Shown: positions 49,105-59,941 of the stretch, piece after piece | Layout: every line of letters starts with the position of its first letter | Position numbering within the stretch: position 1 is the first letter of the stretch | Source: Promethearchaeota archaeon | GTDB lineage: Archaea > Asgardarchaeota > Lokiarchaeia > Sigyniarchaeales > SOKP01 | Assembly: GCA_048938005.1 (NCBI GenBank) | Contig: JBHLMQ010000001.1 | Coordinates: 96,001 to 160,000, forward strand | Length of the DNA: 64,000 nucleotides | Reading direction: 5' to 3' | Notes under the pieces: model-generated | Database searches by the model: none | Told to the model about the DNA's origin: nothing | What the model saw: only the letters and a program-made list of their open reading frames with translations | Program-made: the position numbers and the translations under genes

Positions 49105-50154
49105 TTACAGGTTTCTCAATCTTGGATCCAAAGCATCTCTAAGTCCATCGCCAACTAACATAAAGCCCAATACAGCTATTAAGATCATGAACCCCGGCCA
49201 GAAGGGTGCCCATGGTGCATCGATATAATGAAGCCTAGCCGTAGAGATATCATTACCCCACTCGATTAAATAAGGATCTTTATAACCCAAAAAGCTAAGC
49301 CCTGCTAAGCTTAATATAACACCCCCAATATCGAACGTGAATGATATTATGATTGGCTGTATAGTGTTTGGAAGTATGTGCCTAAACATTATTCTAAAAT
49401 TTCCTGCCCCCGATGCTCTTGCTGCTTGTATATATGGCAATTCTCGGGCTTGCATTACTGATCCTCTAATTAAACGTGCATAAAAAGGAACACCGAGAAT
49501 TCCATAGGCTAACATTATATAAGTCATATCATATTCTCCACTTCTTGCTAGAATTGAAACAAATACTAAAGCAAGAATCAGTGCTGGAAATGCGAGAAAA
49601 ATATCTGCTATTCTCATTATTAATGAATCGACCCATCCTCCAAAATAACCTGCAATAACGCCAAAGATTATACCAAAAGAAACACTAAATAATATAGCTG
49701 GTAGAGCGATTGTTAGAGATGATCTCGCTCCAAATATTATTCTCCCTAAGATGTCTTGTCCGAAATCTGTTGTGCCTAGAGGATGCTCTGGAGATGGTGG
49801 TTGATATACACACACTGGCATTTCTGGAGTAGTTTTACAGACACTATTTAATTCTTCATAGGAGTATGGTGAAATCCAGGGCGCAAAAACCGCAAACGTT
49901 ATTAGGACAAAAACAATCACTATTCCAAGTATAGTCAATGTTGATTTCAATCTTCGTAAAAATTTCCTTTTACTTATTGTTTTTTCATATTCAACTTCCC
50001 TAAATGTGAGTTCTTCTAATCTGGAACCTGGTAATAAAAGAAATTTAAGGTTTGAGAAAAACCAAGATATTACACTTTTAGATATTTTTTCTTCTTTTTT
50101 ACCTTCCATTCTTTCCAGTTCGATTTGTTCTAGAATTTTTTCTTGTCTTGTCAT
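49105..50154 (-). CDS. oppC: Peptide ABC permease (OppC/DppC)
   Basis: HPLGTT..G.D, AARASGA, GDGLRDALDPR. Confidence 0.9.
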   Translation of the reverse strand: MTRQEKILEQIELERMEGKKEEKISKSVISWFFSNLKFLLLPGSRLEELTFREVEYEKTISKRKFLRRLKSTLTILGIVIVFVLITFAVFAPWISPYSYEELNSVCKTTPEMPVCVYQPPSPEHPLGTTDFGQDILGRIIFGARSSLTIALPAILFSVSFGIIFGVIAGYFGGWVDSLIMRIADIFLAFPALILALVFVSILARSGEYDMTYIMLAYGILGVPFYARLIRGSVMQARELPYIQAARASGAGNFRIMFRHILPNTIQPIIISFTFDIGGVILSLAGLSFLGYKDPYLIEWGNDISTARLHYIDAPWAPFWPGFMILIAVLGFMLVGDGLRDALDPRLRNL

Positions 50155-50196
50155 AATATTTTTCGCTTTAAATTTTATAAATTTTTTAATTTTTCA

Positions 50197-51216
50197 TTAA
50201 TATCTTATTCTGGGATCTATTACTGCGTAGAGCATATCAACTATTAAATTAACAAATATAAATAAAAACGCAGTAAGTAGAACAATGGCATTCAATAGCC
50301 AATAATCAACATCCCTTATGGCCCAAATTAATAGATCTCCCATTCCCCATAGGCTAAAAGTCGTTTCGGTAAGAACAGCGCCTCCTAATAACCCACCAAA
50401 GTTTAATCCTATGACAGTTACCGTTGGAATTAATGAGTTTCTAAGAGCATGAGAATTTATTACAGTTTTTTCTTTACATCCTTTAGCCCTTGCTGTTCTT
50501 ATATAATCTTGTTCTAATACTTCAAGCATGCTTGATCGTGATTGTCTAGTAATGGATGCTAGAATTATAAATGATAAACATAATACAGGTAAGATCAAAT
50601 GATATATGTAATCTATCATCAAATCAAACCGACCTGATAGCAATGAGTCAATTAATCTGAATCCTGTAAGATATGGAGGATCTGAGTTCGGACCCGATGT
50701 TTTATATCCAATTGCTGGGAATATAGGAATTTGATATGCAAAAATCCACTGAAGCGTCAGTCCTAGCCAAAATACTGGAATTGATACTCCTACTAAGGCA
50801 AGTCCTCTTATTACTGTGTCTTTAGCTTTATTTCTATGGGTTGCTGAAATAACTCCAGTTTTAATACCAACAAACGCGGCAATAATCATAGAAAATAGAG
50901 CAATATCCATAGTTCTAGGAAATCTTTTCCAAACGAGGCCCCAGACTGGAGCACCTGGAGCAACGGAAACAGAATCACCCCAATTTCCCGTAAAAATATC
51001 TCCAACATATCTAAAAAATTGTATTATTATTGGTTGGTCAAGTCCGAGTGCAACTAAGGCATCTCGATATTGTTGAGGTGTATGTCGCTCTGGTAGAACT
51101 GCCAAGACTGGATCTCCAGGCATTAATCTAGAAAGCACAAATGTCATAATTAAAATCCCAAATAATACTGGGATCATTGCGACAAGTCTCCTGATAAAAT
51201 ATTTAAGCATACTCAT
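50197..51216 (-). CDS. oppB: Peptide ABC permease (OppB/DppB)
   Basis: PGDP, DYIRTARAKG, DPRIRY. Confidence 0.9.
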   Translation of the reverse strand: MSMLKYFIRRLVAMIPVLFGILIMTFVLSRLMPGDPVLAVLPERHTPQQYRDALVALGLDQPIIIQFFRYVGDIFTGNWGDSVSVAPGAPVWGLVWKRFPRTMDIALFSMIIAAFVGIKTGVISATHRNKAKDTVIRGLALVGVSIPVFWLGLTLQWIFAYQIPIFPAIGYKTSGPNSDPPYLTGFRLIDSLLSGRFDLMIDYIYHLILPVLCLSFIILASITRQSRSSMLEVLEQDYIRTARAKGCKEKTVINSHALRNSLIPTVTVIGLNFGGLLGGAVLTETTFSLWGMGDLLIWAIRDVDYWLLNAIVLLTAFLFIFVNLIVDMLYAVIDPRIRY

Positions 51217-51312
51217 AAGCTTTCATATCTCATACTATTTGTTGATTTTTTTTAAATTTATATTTTCATTTATTGAAAAATTATTTTTAATATTTAATAT
51301 TTAACTCTTAAT

Positions 51313-51756
51313 TTATTTAATTTTACTTTTAGATTCATATTTCTGTTTAATTATTGCAGCTAAAATCGCAGAAAAAATATTGATTCCTAATAACGAAAAA
51401 ATTGTAAGATATCCTCTGTAGTTAGTAAAGAATTCACCAATTTTTACAAATTCAAAACCATTTATGAACCAATACCATATCCATGATTCTATTATTATAA
51501 TAAGCGTAAGCCATATACTATTCCTAATTCCATATTCAAAAAAATGTTCTCTATACGCCATAAAAAATACAATTGCAAAAAGAATAATGAAAGAAAAGAA
51601 TGTTCTTCGAGAAAATAAAACTTGATATAAATATAAAATTCTAAGCCCAACTCCTTCTTCAAAATATAAACATATATATCCAAAAAATAGAAAATGAATC
51701 ATTAAAACTGCAAATATAAAGTTGCCCTGTCTAGCCAGTTCAATTTTAAATTTCAT
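51313..51756 (-). CDS. Hypothetical membrane protein
   Basis: 147 aa, about 4 hydrophobic segments, inside the ABC cluster. Confidence 0.6.
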   Translation of the reverse strand: MKFKIELARQGNFIFAVLMIHFLFFGYICLYFEEGVGLRILYLYQVLFSRRTFFSFIILFAIVFFMAYREHFFEYGIRNSIWLTLIIIIESWIWYWFINGFEFVKIGEFFTNYRGYLTIFSLLGINIFSAILAAIIKQKYESKSKIK

Positions 51757-51925
51757 GCGTTTTTCCTCAAATTAATATCTGTTACTTAATTTAAATTTTT
51801 TTTTACAAGTTAATCTTTACAATATTTTTACATGCAACATATTTTATTAATTATTTTCTAATAAAAGAATAAAAAAAAAATTATAATTATTTTTTTTAGA
51901 ATTTCTTAATATTTCTATGGATTGT

Positions 51926-53674
51926 TTAACTCCACTGCATACTGGCTATCCAATACCTACCCATTGTGTTGCATGGAAAGCCTGATAAGCCTGCATCGTA
52001 AGCTACTACGTGAGGACCATTATAACATAAGGCCCAAGGCATAATTACTGTTAGAAGGCGCAATTGCATTTTGTCAAAAATCTGTTTTCGTGCTACAGGA
52101 TCGGTTTCTTCAAGACAATCTAGCATCCAAGCATTTAATATATCATCATCGACTTGAGCACTATTAGAAGAAGATCCGGGTGTGAATAATGGGTTGATGA
52201 AATTGCTTGGATCGTTATAATCGGGTATCCAGCCAATAAAATAAAGTTCTAACTCATTCTCATATCCAGGGATGTTATATAATCTATATAGATAGTTATA
52301 GAAACTGTAACCTACAAGAGTTAGTTTGACACCAATTTCTGCTAAATTATCAGCTGCTAAAATACCGATTTGTCCTCGTACCAGATTATCTGCATTAAAG
52401 GTATAATTAAAGGTTGCGAGAGGCGGTAAAGTGCCGTTAGTATGTCTGAAAAAGTCATCATGGTCATGTACTCCGTCATTATAAAATGCAGGAACAACTC
52501 CTGCATCAACAAGGTATTGTCTTGCCTTAGTAAGATTTAATACAGGTGTAGGTTGTGTATAATTTGAGAATTGCAACCCTGCGGGGACGTAATTTTTCAA
52601 TCTTGTCGCATCGCCCAGCATGATGTTATCGATTATATAGTCGTAATCCATTGCCCATGAAATTGCTCCTCTCCATGTTTGGTTAACGAATAGAGTACAC
52701 ATTCCCATGTATTGGGTTGCTGTCATCCAAGGTCCATATTCTAAGGTAATACCTGGTGTCATGTCCATTACAGGTCTCATGGTAGGTAAGGGAGCGTTTA
52801 GAAATTGAACATCACCTGATAACAATGCGATATTTCTGGCATTATCATCTGAGATAATAGTAAATGTTAAATCTTTGATTTGTGGCGCACCATCCCAGTA
52901 ATCATCATTAGCTTCGAATGTAGCATCGACAAGAGGTTCATAAACAATAAACTTATAAGGACCAGTCCCAACTATAAATCCTGTATCATCTGCTGGAACC
53001 CTTGATGTAGCATACGCCGCATAAGCGGTAGGTGATACAATATACATTGAGTTGAAGGATAATAAATCCATGAATAATGCATATGGGTAATTTAATATAA
53101 TCTTTACAACATAGGTACTAACAATTTCAGTGCCGTTAATAATTGGACAATGTTCAGTACGCGCAAATGTTGTATTGTAAGGGGCCTCATCGGGCCACAC
53201 GTATAGTTCAGCTGTGTTAGCCAATCCTCCCTGTGCTGATGTAAGGGTACCTGTTACATTCAGGAAATATAGGTATCGATCGATTGAAAATTTAACGGCA
53301 GTAGCATTGAATGGTGTTCCATCATGAAATTTAACACCTTGTCTAAGAGGAACAGTAAGGTTTAAATTATCGGCACTCCAAGTAGCTGGAATTGAAGGAG
53401 ATGCGAGTGCCGCTACAAAGTCTAGAGTAGGAGATGTAAGATCATATCTATATAATGGCTCAGCAACTTGATCCTCCACAGCAGCAGAAATACTATCCCA
53501 ACTATCAGCGACGTCGAGGTGTCTAACTCTTGATCCTACAGCAACATTAAGATCGGTGCGCACAACACCGGGGCCTGCAGGTCCTTGCATAAAGTAAACA
53601 CCAGCACCGATTCCGGCAGCCACTGCAATAATCGCGATTACTCCAATTGCTATATATTGATTTCTTTTTTCCAT
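51926..53674 (-). CDS. oppA: Peptide ABC substrate-binding protein (family 5)
   Basis: LRQGVKFHDGTPFNA, VGTGPY, GWIPDY.DP; N-terminal TM. Confidence 0.9.
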   Translation of the reverse strand: MEKRNQYIAIGVIAIIAVAAGIGAGVYFMQGPAGPGVVRTDLNVAVGSRVRHLDVADSWDSISAAVEDQVAEPLYRYDLTSPTLDFVAALASPSIPATWSADNLNLTVPLRQGVKFHDGTPFNATAVKFSIDRYLYFLNVTGTLTSAQGGLANTAELYVWPDEAPYNTTFARTEHCPIINGTEIVSTYVVKIILNYPYALFMDLLSFNSMYIVSPTAYAAYATSRVPADDTGFIVGTGPYKFIVYEPLVDATFEANDDYWDGAPQIKDLTFTIISDDNARNIALLSGDVQFLNAPLPTMRPVMDMTPGITLEYGPWMTATQYMGMCTLFVNQTWRGAISWAMDYDYIIDNIMLGDATRLKNYVPAGLQFSNYTQPTPVLNLTKARQYLVDAGVVPAFYNDGVHDHDDFFRHTNGTLPPLATFNYTFNADNLVRGQIGILAADNLAEIGVKLTLVGYSFYNYLYRLYNIPGYENELELYFIGWIPDYNDPSNFINPLFTPGSSSNSAQVDDDILNAWMLDCLEETDPVARKQIFDKMQLRLLTVIMPWALCYNGPHVVAYDAGLSGFPCNTMGRYWIASMQWS

Positions 53675-53984
53675 ATTATGATCACTTAAAATTTTTAAAT
53701 TTCGTTTTTTTAATTTATTAATAGATTTGGTGTTAAATATGTTTTTAAATTTGTAAACTTATAAGTTTTATCCTTTTTTTTATATTATTTTTTAAAATTC
53801 TAATAGATTTTAAAACGATTTATCAAACGCTCTACGCTAAGAAGTGGTCTTTTTTTAAATAGCGACACTAAATAAATTCTTTTATCTAAATAAATCCATC
53901 AATTTTATGGAAACTATAAATTCCAATTTGAATAAAATTCTTAATCTAAAAATTCAGAAATGGGAATAAAATGGGATTACATAA

Positions 53985-54941
53985 TTAGGGATTTAAGATT
54001 TCAATAAGTTCATTGAAATAAAAAGAGAAAAATAAGATTATTAAGAGAATCAGAGCCGCAATTATCATCCCTTTGTCCAAGAAAGCCTTTTCCGTACTAC
54101 GAGCGATTTCTGGTTTAGCTGAAGTCAAATACATATATCTCATTATTAAATAAAGTGATAGGGGTATTGTGAAAATAGAAATATATTCATAAATAGCCGC
54201 ACTTCCAGGCACAGCTAAATCAAAATTGATAATCAGATAAAGTGAATAGGTCATGAATAAAGAGCCAGCAATGATTACATGAAAATAATCCAATATTTTA
54301 AGAGAATATTGATCATATACTTTTTTGTGTTCTATTGCTTTATCTTTTCCAAGGAACATTAGGTCTCCTTTCCTTTTAGCTATACTTAGGAACATAGCAA
54401 TTTCAAATATAGCTAAAAACAACCAAGCAGAAATATATTCCTCTATTATTGCACATCCCGCTAATGCCCTCCATAAATATCCTATAGATAAAATTAGAAT
54501 ATCAATAAAAGCGTAATGTTTAAAAAGTAGATTATAAGCCTGACCTGACACGATTATTAAGATTATCATTATAATTAAGAGAAAATTTGGTATTAAAAAA
54601 ATCAAGGAAAATATAATTATAGTAGTTAATAGAATTAACAATAATATAGCAAAAGATATGGGTAGCTCTCCGGAAGCGAGAGGTCTTTTTTTGATCTTTT
54701 CTGGATGCAATTTATCATTTTCAATATCTCTTATATCATTTATAATATAATTGAATGATGATGCACAACATAATAAAATGAAACCGATTATTAAATTAAG
54801 ATAAAGGGATATATCGAATAATCTTTGGCTAAAAAAAATACCTACAAATATCAGTACATTTTTATAATATTGTCTTATCCGTAAAAGTTGAAAGACACTT
54901 TTAATTTTGCTTATCATTGTTAACTTTTTTGAAAGACACAT
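53985..54941 (-). CDS. UbiA family prenyltransferase (decaprenyl-phosphate phosphoribosyltransferase-like)
   Basis: R..Q..KN, YIINDIRD...D..HP.K..RPLASG, KRKGD. Confidence 0.85.
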   Translation of the reverse strand: MCLSKKLTMISKIKSVFQLLRIRQYYKNVLIFVGIFFSQRLFDISLYLNLIIGFILLCCASSFNYIINDIRDIENDKLHPEKIKKRPLASGELPISFAILLLILLTTIIIFSLIFLIPNFLLIIMIILIIVSGQAYNLLFKHYAFIDILILSIGYLWRALAGCAIIEEYISAWLFLAIFEIAMFLSIAKRKGDLMFLGKDKAIEHKKVYDQYSLKILDYFHVIIAGSLFMTYSLYLIINFDLAVPGSAAIYEYISIFTIPLSLYLIMRYMYLTSAKPEIARSTEKAFLDKGMIIAALILLIILFFSFYFNELIEILNP

Positions 54942-54956
54942 TTATATTAAACTTTA

Positions 54957-57494
54957 TTAAGTCATAATAACTCTTTTGGGTTTAAACTTCTTTAATATTT
55001 TATATCCTAAACGGCTAGAAAAGCTAGTTGATGATTTAATTTGTATCAAGGCACTGTTATATTCAAAATTTATCAATTCTAATTTATTGTAAGGAATCTT
55101 TATTTCTTTCTCAAAGATATTTTTTACAAGCATTACACCTTCATAAGTACTTTTAGTATTAGGTGGTTTTTTATAGATACTCTCAACATCAACATTTATT
55201 TTTTTAATATAACCAATTTCCAAATTATTCACTGGTTTTTTAAGAAATATATATGATTGAAGTTGTTTTTTAGATAACCATTTTATTATATCCACTTCGC
55301 TTTCTCTAAAAGCAAGGCCTCTGCTAATTGTTAAGTAAATTGTCTTTGGCCTGATTATTAATTCACTAAGAGCATATTTGATAGATTCTTCATCTTGATT
55401 TTCAAATCTGGTAAGTTTTATTTGAAAATCTTCTAATTTCTTAGCAGGAATTATATTCATACATTTATATATTTTTAGCGCTCCTTTGGTTTTTAAAAAA
55501 ATTTCATGATCTTTAAAATTTTTAATTAGAAAAAGAGAATTTGGTAATTTTGTTTTCGCAATAGGTTTTTGGATTTTATTATTGTTTTGATCTAAAAAAA
55601 GATAGTATCCATTTTTATTATTTTCATCCAATTCAATATCAATTAAAATTAATGGTATATTTTTATTCAAGAAATATTGCTCATTTAAATCATATTGAAT
55701 ACGTGAATATAAAGATGAGTTTAAGAGGCATTTTCTAGATGTCTTTAAATCTATAATGATAAATTGATCAGGATCTACTATATCATCAATAAATTGAACA
55801 TTAATTAATTTACCAATAATAAGTTCATCTGTAATTAAATTTCTAAAGATATAATCTTTTTGGATTTCAAATTTGAACAATTCTTTTCTTTTAAGTTTCT
55901 CCATTAATGAAGAAATATCACTGATTTTAAAAAATTCCTTAAATTTATTATTTGCTATGATTTTAAATTTTTCTCTTGCTTCTTCAAATTTTTTAGCATA
56001 TTTTTTTTGTTTAGATTTTTTTAAGCAAATAAATGGAAGAATTGCTTCTTTACTTGGTTTCAAGGCACTACCTAAAATTACAGCAATTCTATAATAACTA
56101 GGAGGATGTGAATTAATTAAATTAGCTAAAAGTGATGTTCTTGATGGCTTAATCATTGAACGATTTAAATAAATGGCGGTATTCATGTAATCTAAAAGTT
56201 GATTGTCCCTTGTTATTTTTTCTTCACTTAAAAGCATAGTATTTAATCCAATTTCCCGACCACTTGCATAAAAGCTTTCTAAGTTATAGAGAGCTTTAGC
56301 AAGTTCATTAGCATATCCTGCTTTCTTTGCCATTAAATCTGCTTTTCCTTCAAGGATTCTAACAAATACAAAAAGAAGAACATATATTGCTAAATTTAAA
56401 AGTATAAAATTTATCATTGGAAGCTGTGGATTTCCAAAAGTATAATCATAGTAAGTAGCAGGAATACCAAGAAGCATTCTAACAATAAGATCCACAGATG
56501 TAATTAATGTTAAAATGAGTGTATGTTTTCCTTTTGTATGAGCCAATTCATGAGCCAAAATGCCTTTTAATTCATCTTCAGGAATTTGATTGATATCATC
56601 AGCTATAATAGCAACCCTTTTATCAAGTACAGAGCCATAAGCCATAGCATTTAATATAGGATAGTTTCCAAAACCTACTTTAACTCTTCCTTTAATTCCA
56701 ATATCAGCTTTTATTTTATTTACAATTTTCAACAGATTTTCATCTTTTACTTTCTTGATGCCCAATAATTTGTCTAAAATTAAACCTGATATAAAATAAA
56801 TTATCCAATTAACTAGAATTAAGATAAAATAAATATTCATAAAAAAATCGAGAATTGTAAACCCACTAGAGCCAATTTGTTTCCCTGTAATAAAATTTAG
56901 GGGAGTATATTGATTTATTAAAACAACAGCTAACCAAGCAATAATATACAAAAATAATGTTAAGTATTCAGGGCTCATGAATCGCCAAACAATTATATAC
57001 TTTCTTCCAAACAGTATAAAACCCATGATAAGAATAATCCAAAAAGAAAAAGCAAAACTTGTATTTATGAAAAACGGATCTTTTAAATAGTAGGAAAATA
57101 AGCCAGCTATGAATATAATATTATACGTTATTAGAGAAATTATCAAGATTTTGTTCAGAACAGGGTAATTCTTTAATTCAAAAACACCTATCCATAGATA
57201 TATTGAAAAAGCACCCATTATCGAAGTTAAAAAATCTTTTGAAACGAAATAAATGAGAAAAAAGAAAAAAGCAATCGCAATAATATCACTCATTTCACTT
57301 CTCTTACCATTTCTTGCCCATTGATAAACTTCTTCGATAGTTAATAAATATAGAAAAAGTAATATTAAAAATGTCCAATCAATTAAGAGTGATGATAAAT
57401 TGAATTGAAAAACAAGAGAATTAAAAATGAAAGATAACCCAACTGAACCTAAGAGATAAATAATAAAAAGCAGATATCTATTTTTTTTTCTCAT
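54957..57494 (-). CDS. M48 (HtpX/Ste24-like) membrane zinc metalloprotease with long C-terminal extension
   Basis: NAMAYG, AHELAH, EGKAD, SHPP..YR. Confidence 0.85.
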   Translation of the reverse strand: MRKKNRYLLFIIYLLGSVGLSFIFNSLVFQFNLSSLLIDWTFLILLFLYLLTIEEVYQWARNGKRSEMSDIIAIAFFFFLIYFVSKDFLTSIMGAFSIYLWIGVFELKNYPVLNKILIISLITYNIIFIAGLFSYYLKDPFFINTSFAFSFWIILIMGFILFGRKYIIVWRFMSPEYLTLFLYIIAWLAVVLINQYTPLNFITGKQIGSSGFTILDFFMNIYFILILVNWIIYFISGLILDKLLGIKKVKDENLLKIVNKIKADIGIKGRVKVGFGNYPILNAMAYGSVLDKRVAIIADDINQIPEDELKGILAHELAHTKGKHTLILTLITSVDLIVRMLLGIPATYYDYTFGNPQLPMINFILLNLAIYVLLFVFVRILEGKADLMAKKAGYANELAKALYNLESFYASGREIGLNTMLLSEEKITRDNQLLDYMNTAIYLNRSMIKPSRTSLLANLINSHPPSYYRIAVILGSALKPSKEAILPFICLKKSKQKKYAKKFEEAREKFKIIANNKFKEFFKISDISSLMEKLKRKELFKFEIQKDYIFRNLITDELIIGKLINVQFIDDIVDPDQFIIIDLKTSRKCLLNSSLYSRIQYDLNEQYFLNKNIPLILIDIELDENNKNGYYLFLDQNNNKIQKPIAKTKLPNSLFLIKNFKDHEIFLKTKGALKIYKCMNIIPAKKLEDFQIKLTRFENQDEESIKYALSELIIRPKTIYLTISRGLAFRESEVDIIKWLSKKQLQSYIFLKKPVNNLEIGYIKKINVDVESIYKKPPNTKSTYEGVMLVKNIFEKEIKIPYNKLELINFEYNSALIQIKSSTSFSSRLGYKILKKFKPKRVIMT

Positions 57495-57602
57495 AATAAA
57501 AACCTTTATTTTATTATTAAAATCATTATTTGTTTAATATTTCAGATTACATCAATTTTTATTATTCTTTTAAAATTAAAAGTTATTAATAATATTCAAT
57601 TA

Positions 57603-58985
57603 TTAACTAGCGGCTTCAACATTCAGATTTCTTTTTTTCATTTTGTCAATCTCCCTCCAGAAATACTTTATAGTAATCAAATACCACAATAATAACACAG
57701 GAATAACCAATATAAAAGAAATTAATAAATTAGTAGGGATTTTTATTATTTTTAGGTCTATATCCCCTAATTCGAGAGGCATAATTACTGTTTCAACTAG
57801 TATTAGTAATAAAATAAGAGAAATTAATAGAATTATCATTAAAAAGATTACTCCTCTAATTCTAGGGAATTTGTATAATATCAAAACTGTAGGGGCAGAT
57901 AGAATAATTAACACGGTGATTAAGACATATATTTCTAAATTCGATGAAGTAAATTGCATAAACAAGATAGATATTATTGAAAAAAATCCGCATATTACAG
58001 AAATTGCATAAAAATTTTTAAGTAATTCTGGTTCTGTTAATGGTCCTTTTGATAATATTAATCGCGGTAAGGTTAACACAGCATCTTTTTGATCTGAAGC
58101 TTTAATTCGATCATCTTCGAGTAAAACAATATCCTCTTTACTTTCTCTAATATCACTACTTTCAAAAAATCCACGTACGGAATATATATAATAGAAACTA
58201 TTAAATATGTGGATTAAAAGAGCACAGAATGTAGCAACCTCTAATGACCCAAACAGCATAATACATGCAATCATTGCCCCCATACTTAAAGTACCTATAT
58301 CTCCAGGAAAGATTTTCGCAGGATATTTATTATATATGAAAAAAGGGATTAATATTGCAATAACAGGAACTGCAAAAATTACTGCTTCAGCAGAATCCCA
58401 AATTAATCCACAAATAAACAAAAAAATCACTGCAATTAAACAAGTTCCAGAACCTTCACCATTATATCCTTCTAACATATTTACTGTATTTACAAAAACT
58501 GCAATTATAATTGGTACTAAATATGGATAAATAATGGTTAATCTTGTTTTATCAATAAAAGGAATTGTAGGCGAAGAGATTGTGATAAATCCAAAAAAAT
58601 TTGCAAAGAAGATTACACCTCCAGAAAAAATTGATAATATTATTTTATAACGTGAGCGCAATTTTTTTCTGTCATCAATAAATCCAATGATTCCAGTTAA
58701 TATAACAGTTAGAAGAAAAATGATAATTTCATTAAGAAAAGTAGGAAAGAATATTATTAAAAAAATTGAGGAAACTATAAAACCAATTATTATACTAAGT
58801 CCACCAGATTCAGCAACTTCAGGTTGAGCGTTTTTATGAATATCAAAACCCACATATCCTTTTGTTTTCATGAATTTTATTATAGGAGGGATTATGATAT
58901 ATGTAACAAAAAATCCAATAAGAAAAATAATTATTAAAAAGAAAATCTCTAAAACACCCATATTCAATTCAGAAAGAGGAATCAT
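57603..58985 (-). CDS. UDP-GlcNAc:dolichyl-phosphate GlcNAc-1-phosphotransferase (AglH/DPAGT1, MraY family)
   Basis: G.DIHK...EVAESGG, GFIDD, NMLEGYNG, YPAKIFPGD.GT. Confidence 0.88.
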   Translation of the reverse strand: MIPLSELNMGVLEIFFLIIIFLIGFFVTYIIIPPIIKFMKTKGYVGFDIHKNAQPEVAESGGLSIIIGFIVSSIFLIIFFPTFLNEIIIFLLTVILTGIIGFIDDRKKLRSRYKIILSIFSGGVIFFANFFGFITISSPTIPFIDKTRLTIIYPYLVPIIIAVFVNTVNMLEGYNGEGSGTCLIAVIFLFICGLIWDSAEAVIFAVPVIAILIPFFIYNKYPAKIFPGDIGTLSMGAMIACIMLFGSLEVATFCALLIHIFNSFYYIYSVRGFFESSDIRESKEDIVLLEDDRIKASDQKDAVLTLPRLILSKGPLTEPELLKNFYAISVICGFFSIISILFMQFTSSNLEIYVLITVLIILSAPTVLILYKFPRIRGVIFLMIILLISLILLLILVETVIMPLELGDIDLKIIKIPTNLLISFILVIPVLLLWYLITIKYFWREIDKMKKRNLNVEAAS

Positions 58986-59111
58986 TTTTCTTACATATTA
59001 TATTTAATTTTTAATAAATCTCATTTGTATTACAGATTGTAGAGATAAAAAATTAAAATATTTAATGTATTAAAATTTTTTATTTTTTAATTTGGGAGAC
59101 ATAAAAATTAA

Positions 59112-59244
59112 TAGCCCGGCACGGATTCGAACCGTGTTCGCTATACACCTCATAGTGGGATGCATAGTCGCGGGGTTCAAAGCCCCAAATGCTTGGCCAT
59201 TTTGCTTAATACATAAGTTATGTATTAATCTACACCACCGGGCT
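59112..59244 (-). tRNA. tRNA-Gln(UUG) with two non-canonical 30-nt introns (59200-59229 in the D loop; 59137-59166 at the variable loop/T stem)
   Basis: Spliced form AGCCCGG-TG-GTGTAG|TGGCCAAGCAT-T-TGGGG-CTTTGAA-CCCCG-CGAC|CACGG-TTCGAAT-CCGTG-CCGGGCT-A. Confidence 0.82.
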
Positions 59245-59271
59245 AAGAGAATAAATCTTGGTAATGACTTT

Positions 59272-59916
59272 TTATCTCTCTCTCGAGTTTTTTAAAATAT
59301 TAAATGGTTTTAGATCTTGATCAAAAAATTTTTCATCTAATAAATCTTTATTGGTTTTAAGGAACTCAATTTCTTGTTTTTTATTGCGATATTTATCTGG
59401 TAAAATCTGCGGAATAGTTTCTATAATAGGATACCAACGCTTACAATTACTACAAAATAATATACCAGATTCTATATCAATATCCAATTTAATTTTATTT
59501 ATAAAAAAAAGTTCTGGTAAAATTGTTTCTAATTCGTTGAAGTTAAATTTTTTGGAAAATTCTAAAAGTTTTAGCTTAACTTCAGAATTTATAAGTTTAA
59601 AACATTTTTTACTTAATATATTTGTAGAATTATCAAATACATTTTCAAATTCATTTATACTCGAGATAATTTGCTCAAGATAATTTATGAGTTTAGTTTT
59701 CTCAATAACAATATTATCCTTCACATAGAATTCTCCATCTTCGTTATAAATATCAATTATTTCTTCCTTTTTAATAAAGCTGAGATCTCGGTTTTCATAT
59801 TTATCAATAATAGATTGAAATTCTTCTGGTTTATTTTCAAAAGAAAAAATGTATAATTTTAAAGGAAAGTATTTATCAATAGGACACGCCAATATATCAA
59901 AGAGCCATGGTTTCAT
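59272..59916 (-). CDS. trm112: Trm112 family protein with long central insertion
   Basis: LFDILACPIDK ... IESGILFCSNCKRWYPI...IP. Confidence 0.8.
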   Translation of the reverse strand: MKPWLFDILACPIDKYFPLKLYIFSFENKPEEFQSIIDKYENRDLSFIKKEEIIDIYNEDGEFYVKDNIVIEKTKLINYLEQIISSINEFENVFDNSTNILSKKCFKLINSEVKLKLLEFSKKFNFNELETILPELFFINKIKLDIDIESGILFCSNCKRWYPIIETIPQILPDKYRNKKQEIEFLKTNKDLLDEKFFDQDLKPFNILKNSRER

Positions 59917-59941
59917 AAATTCTTACACACATAAAGAATTC

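Noticed and set aside
51926-53674. Higher-GC oppA as a horizontally acquired island
   Set aside because: Explained by Ala/Gly/Pro/Thr-rich composition; sits in an intact opp cluster with no mobility signals
59092-59295. 67-aa plus-strand ORF
   Set aside because: Overlaps the tRNA-Gln gene antisense
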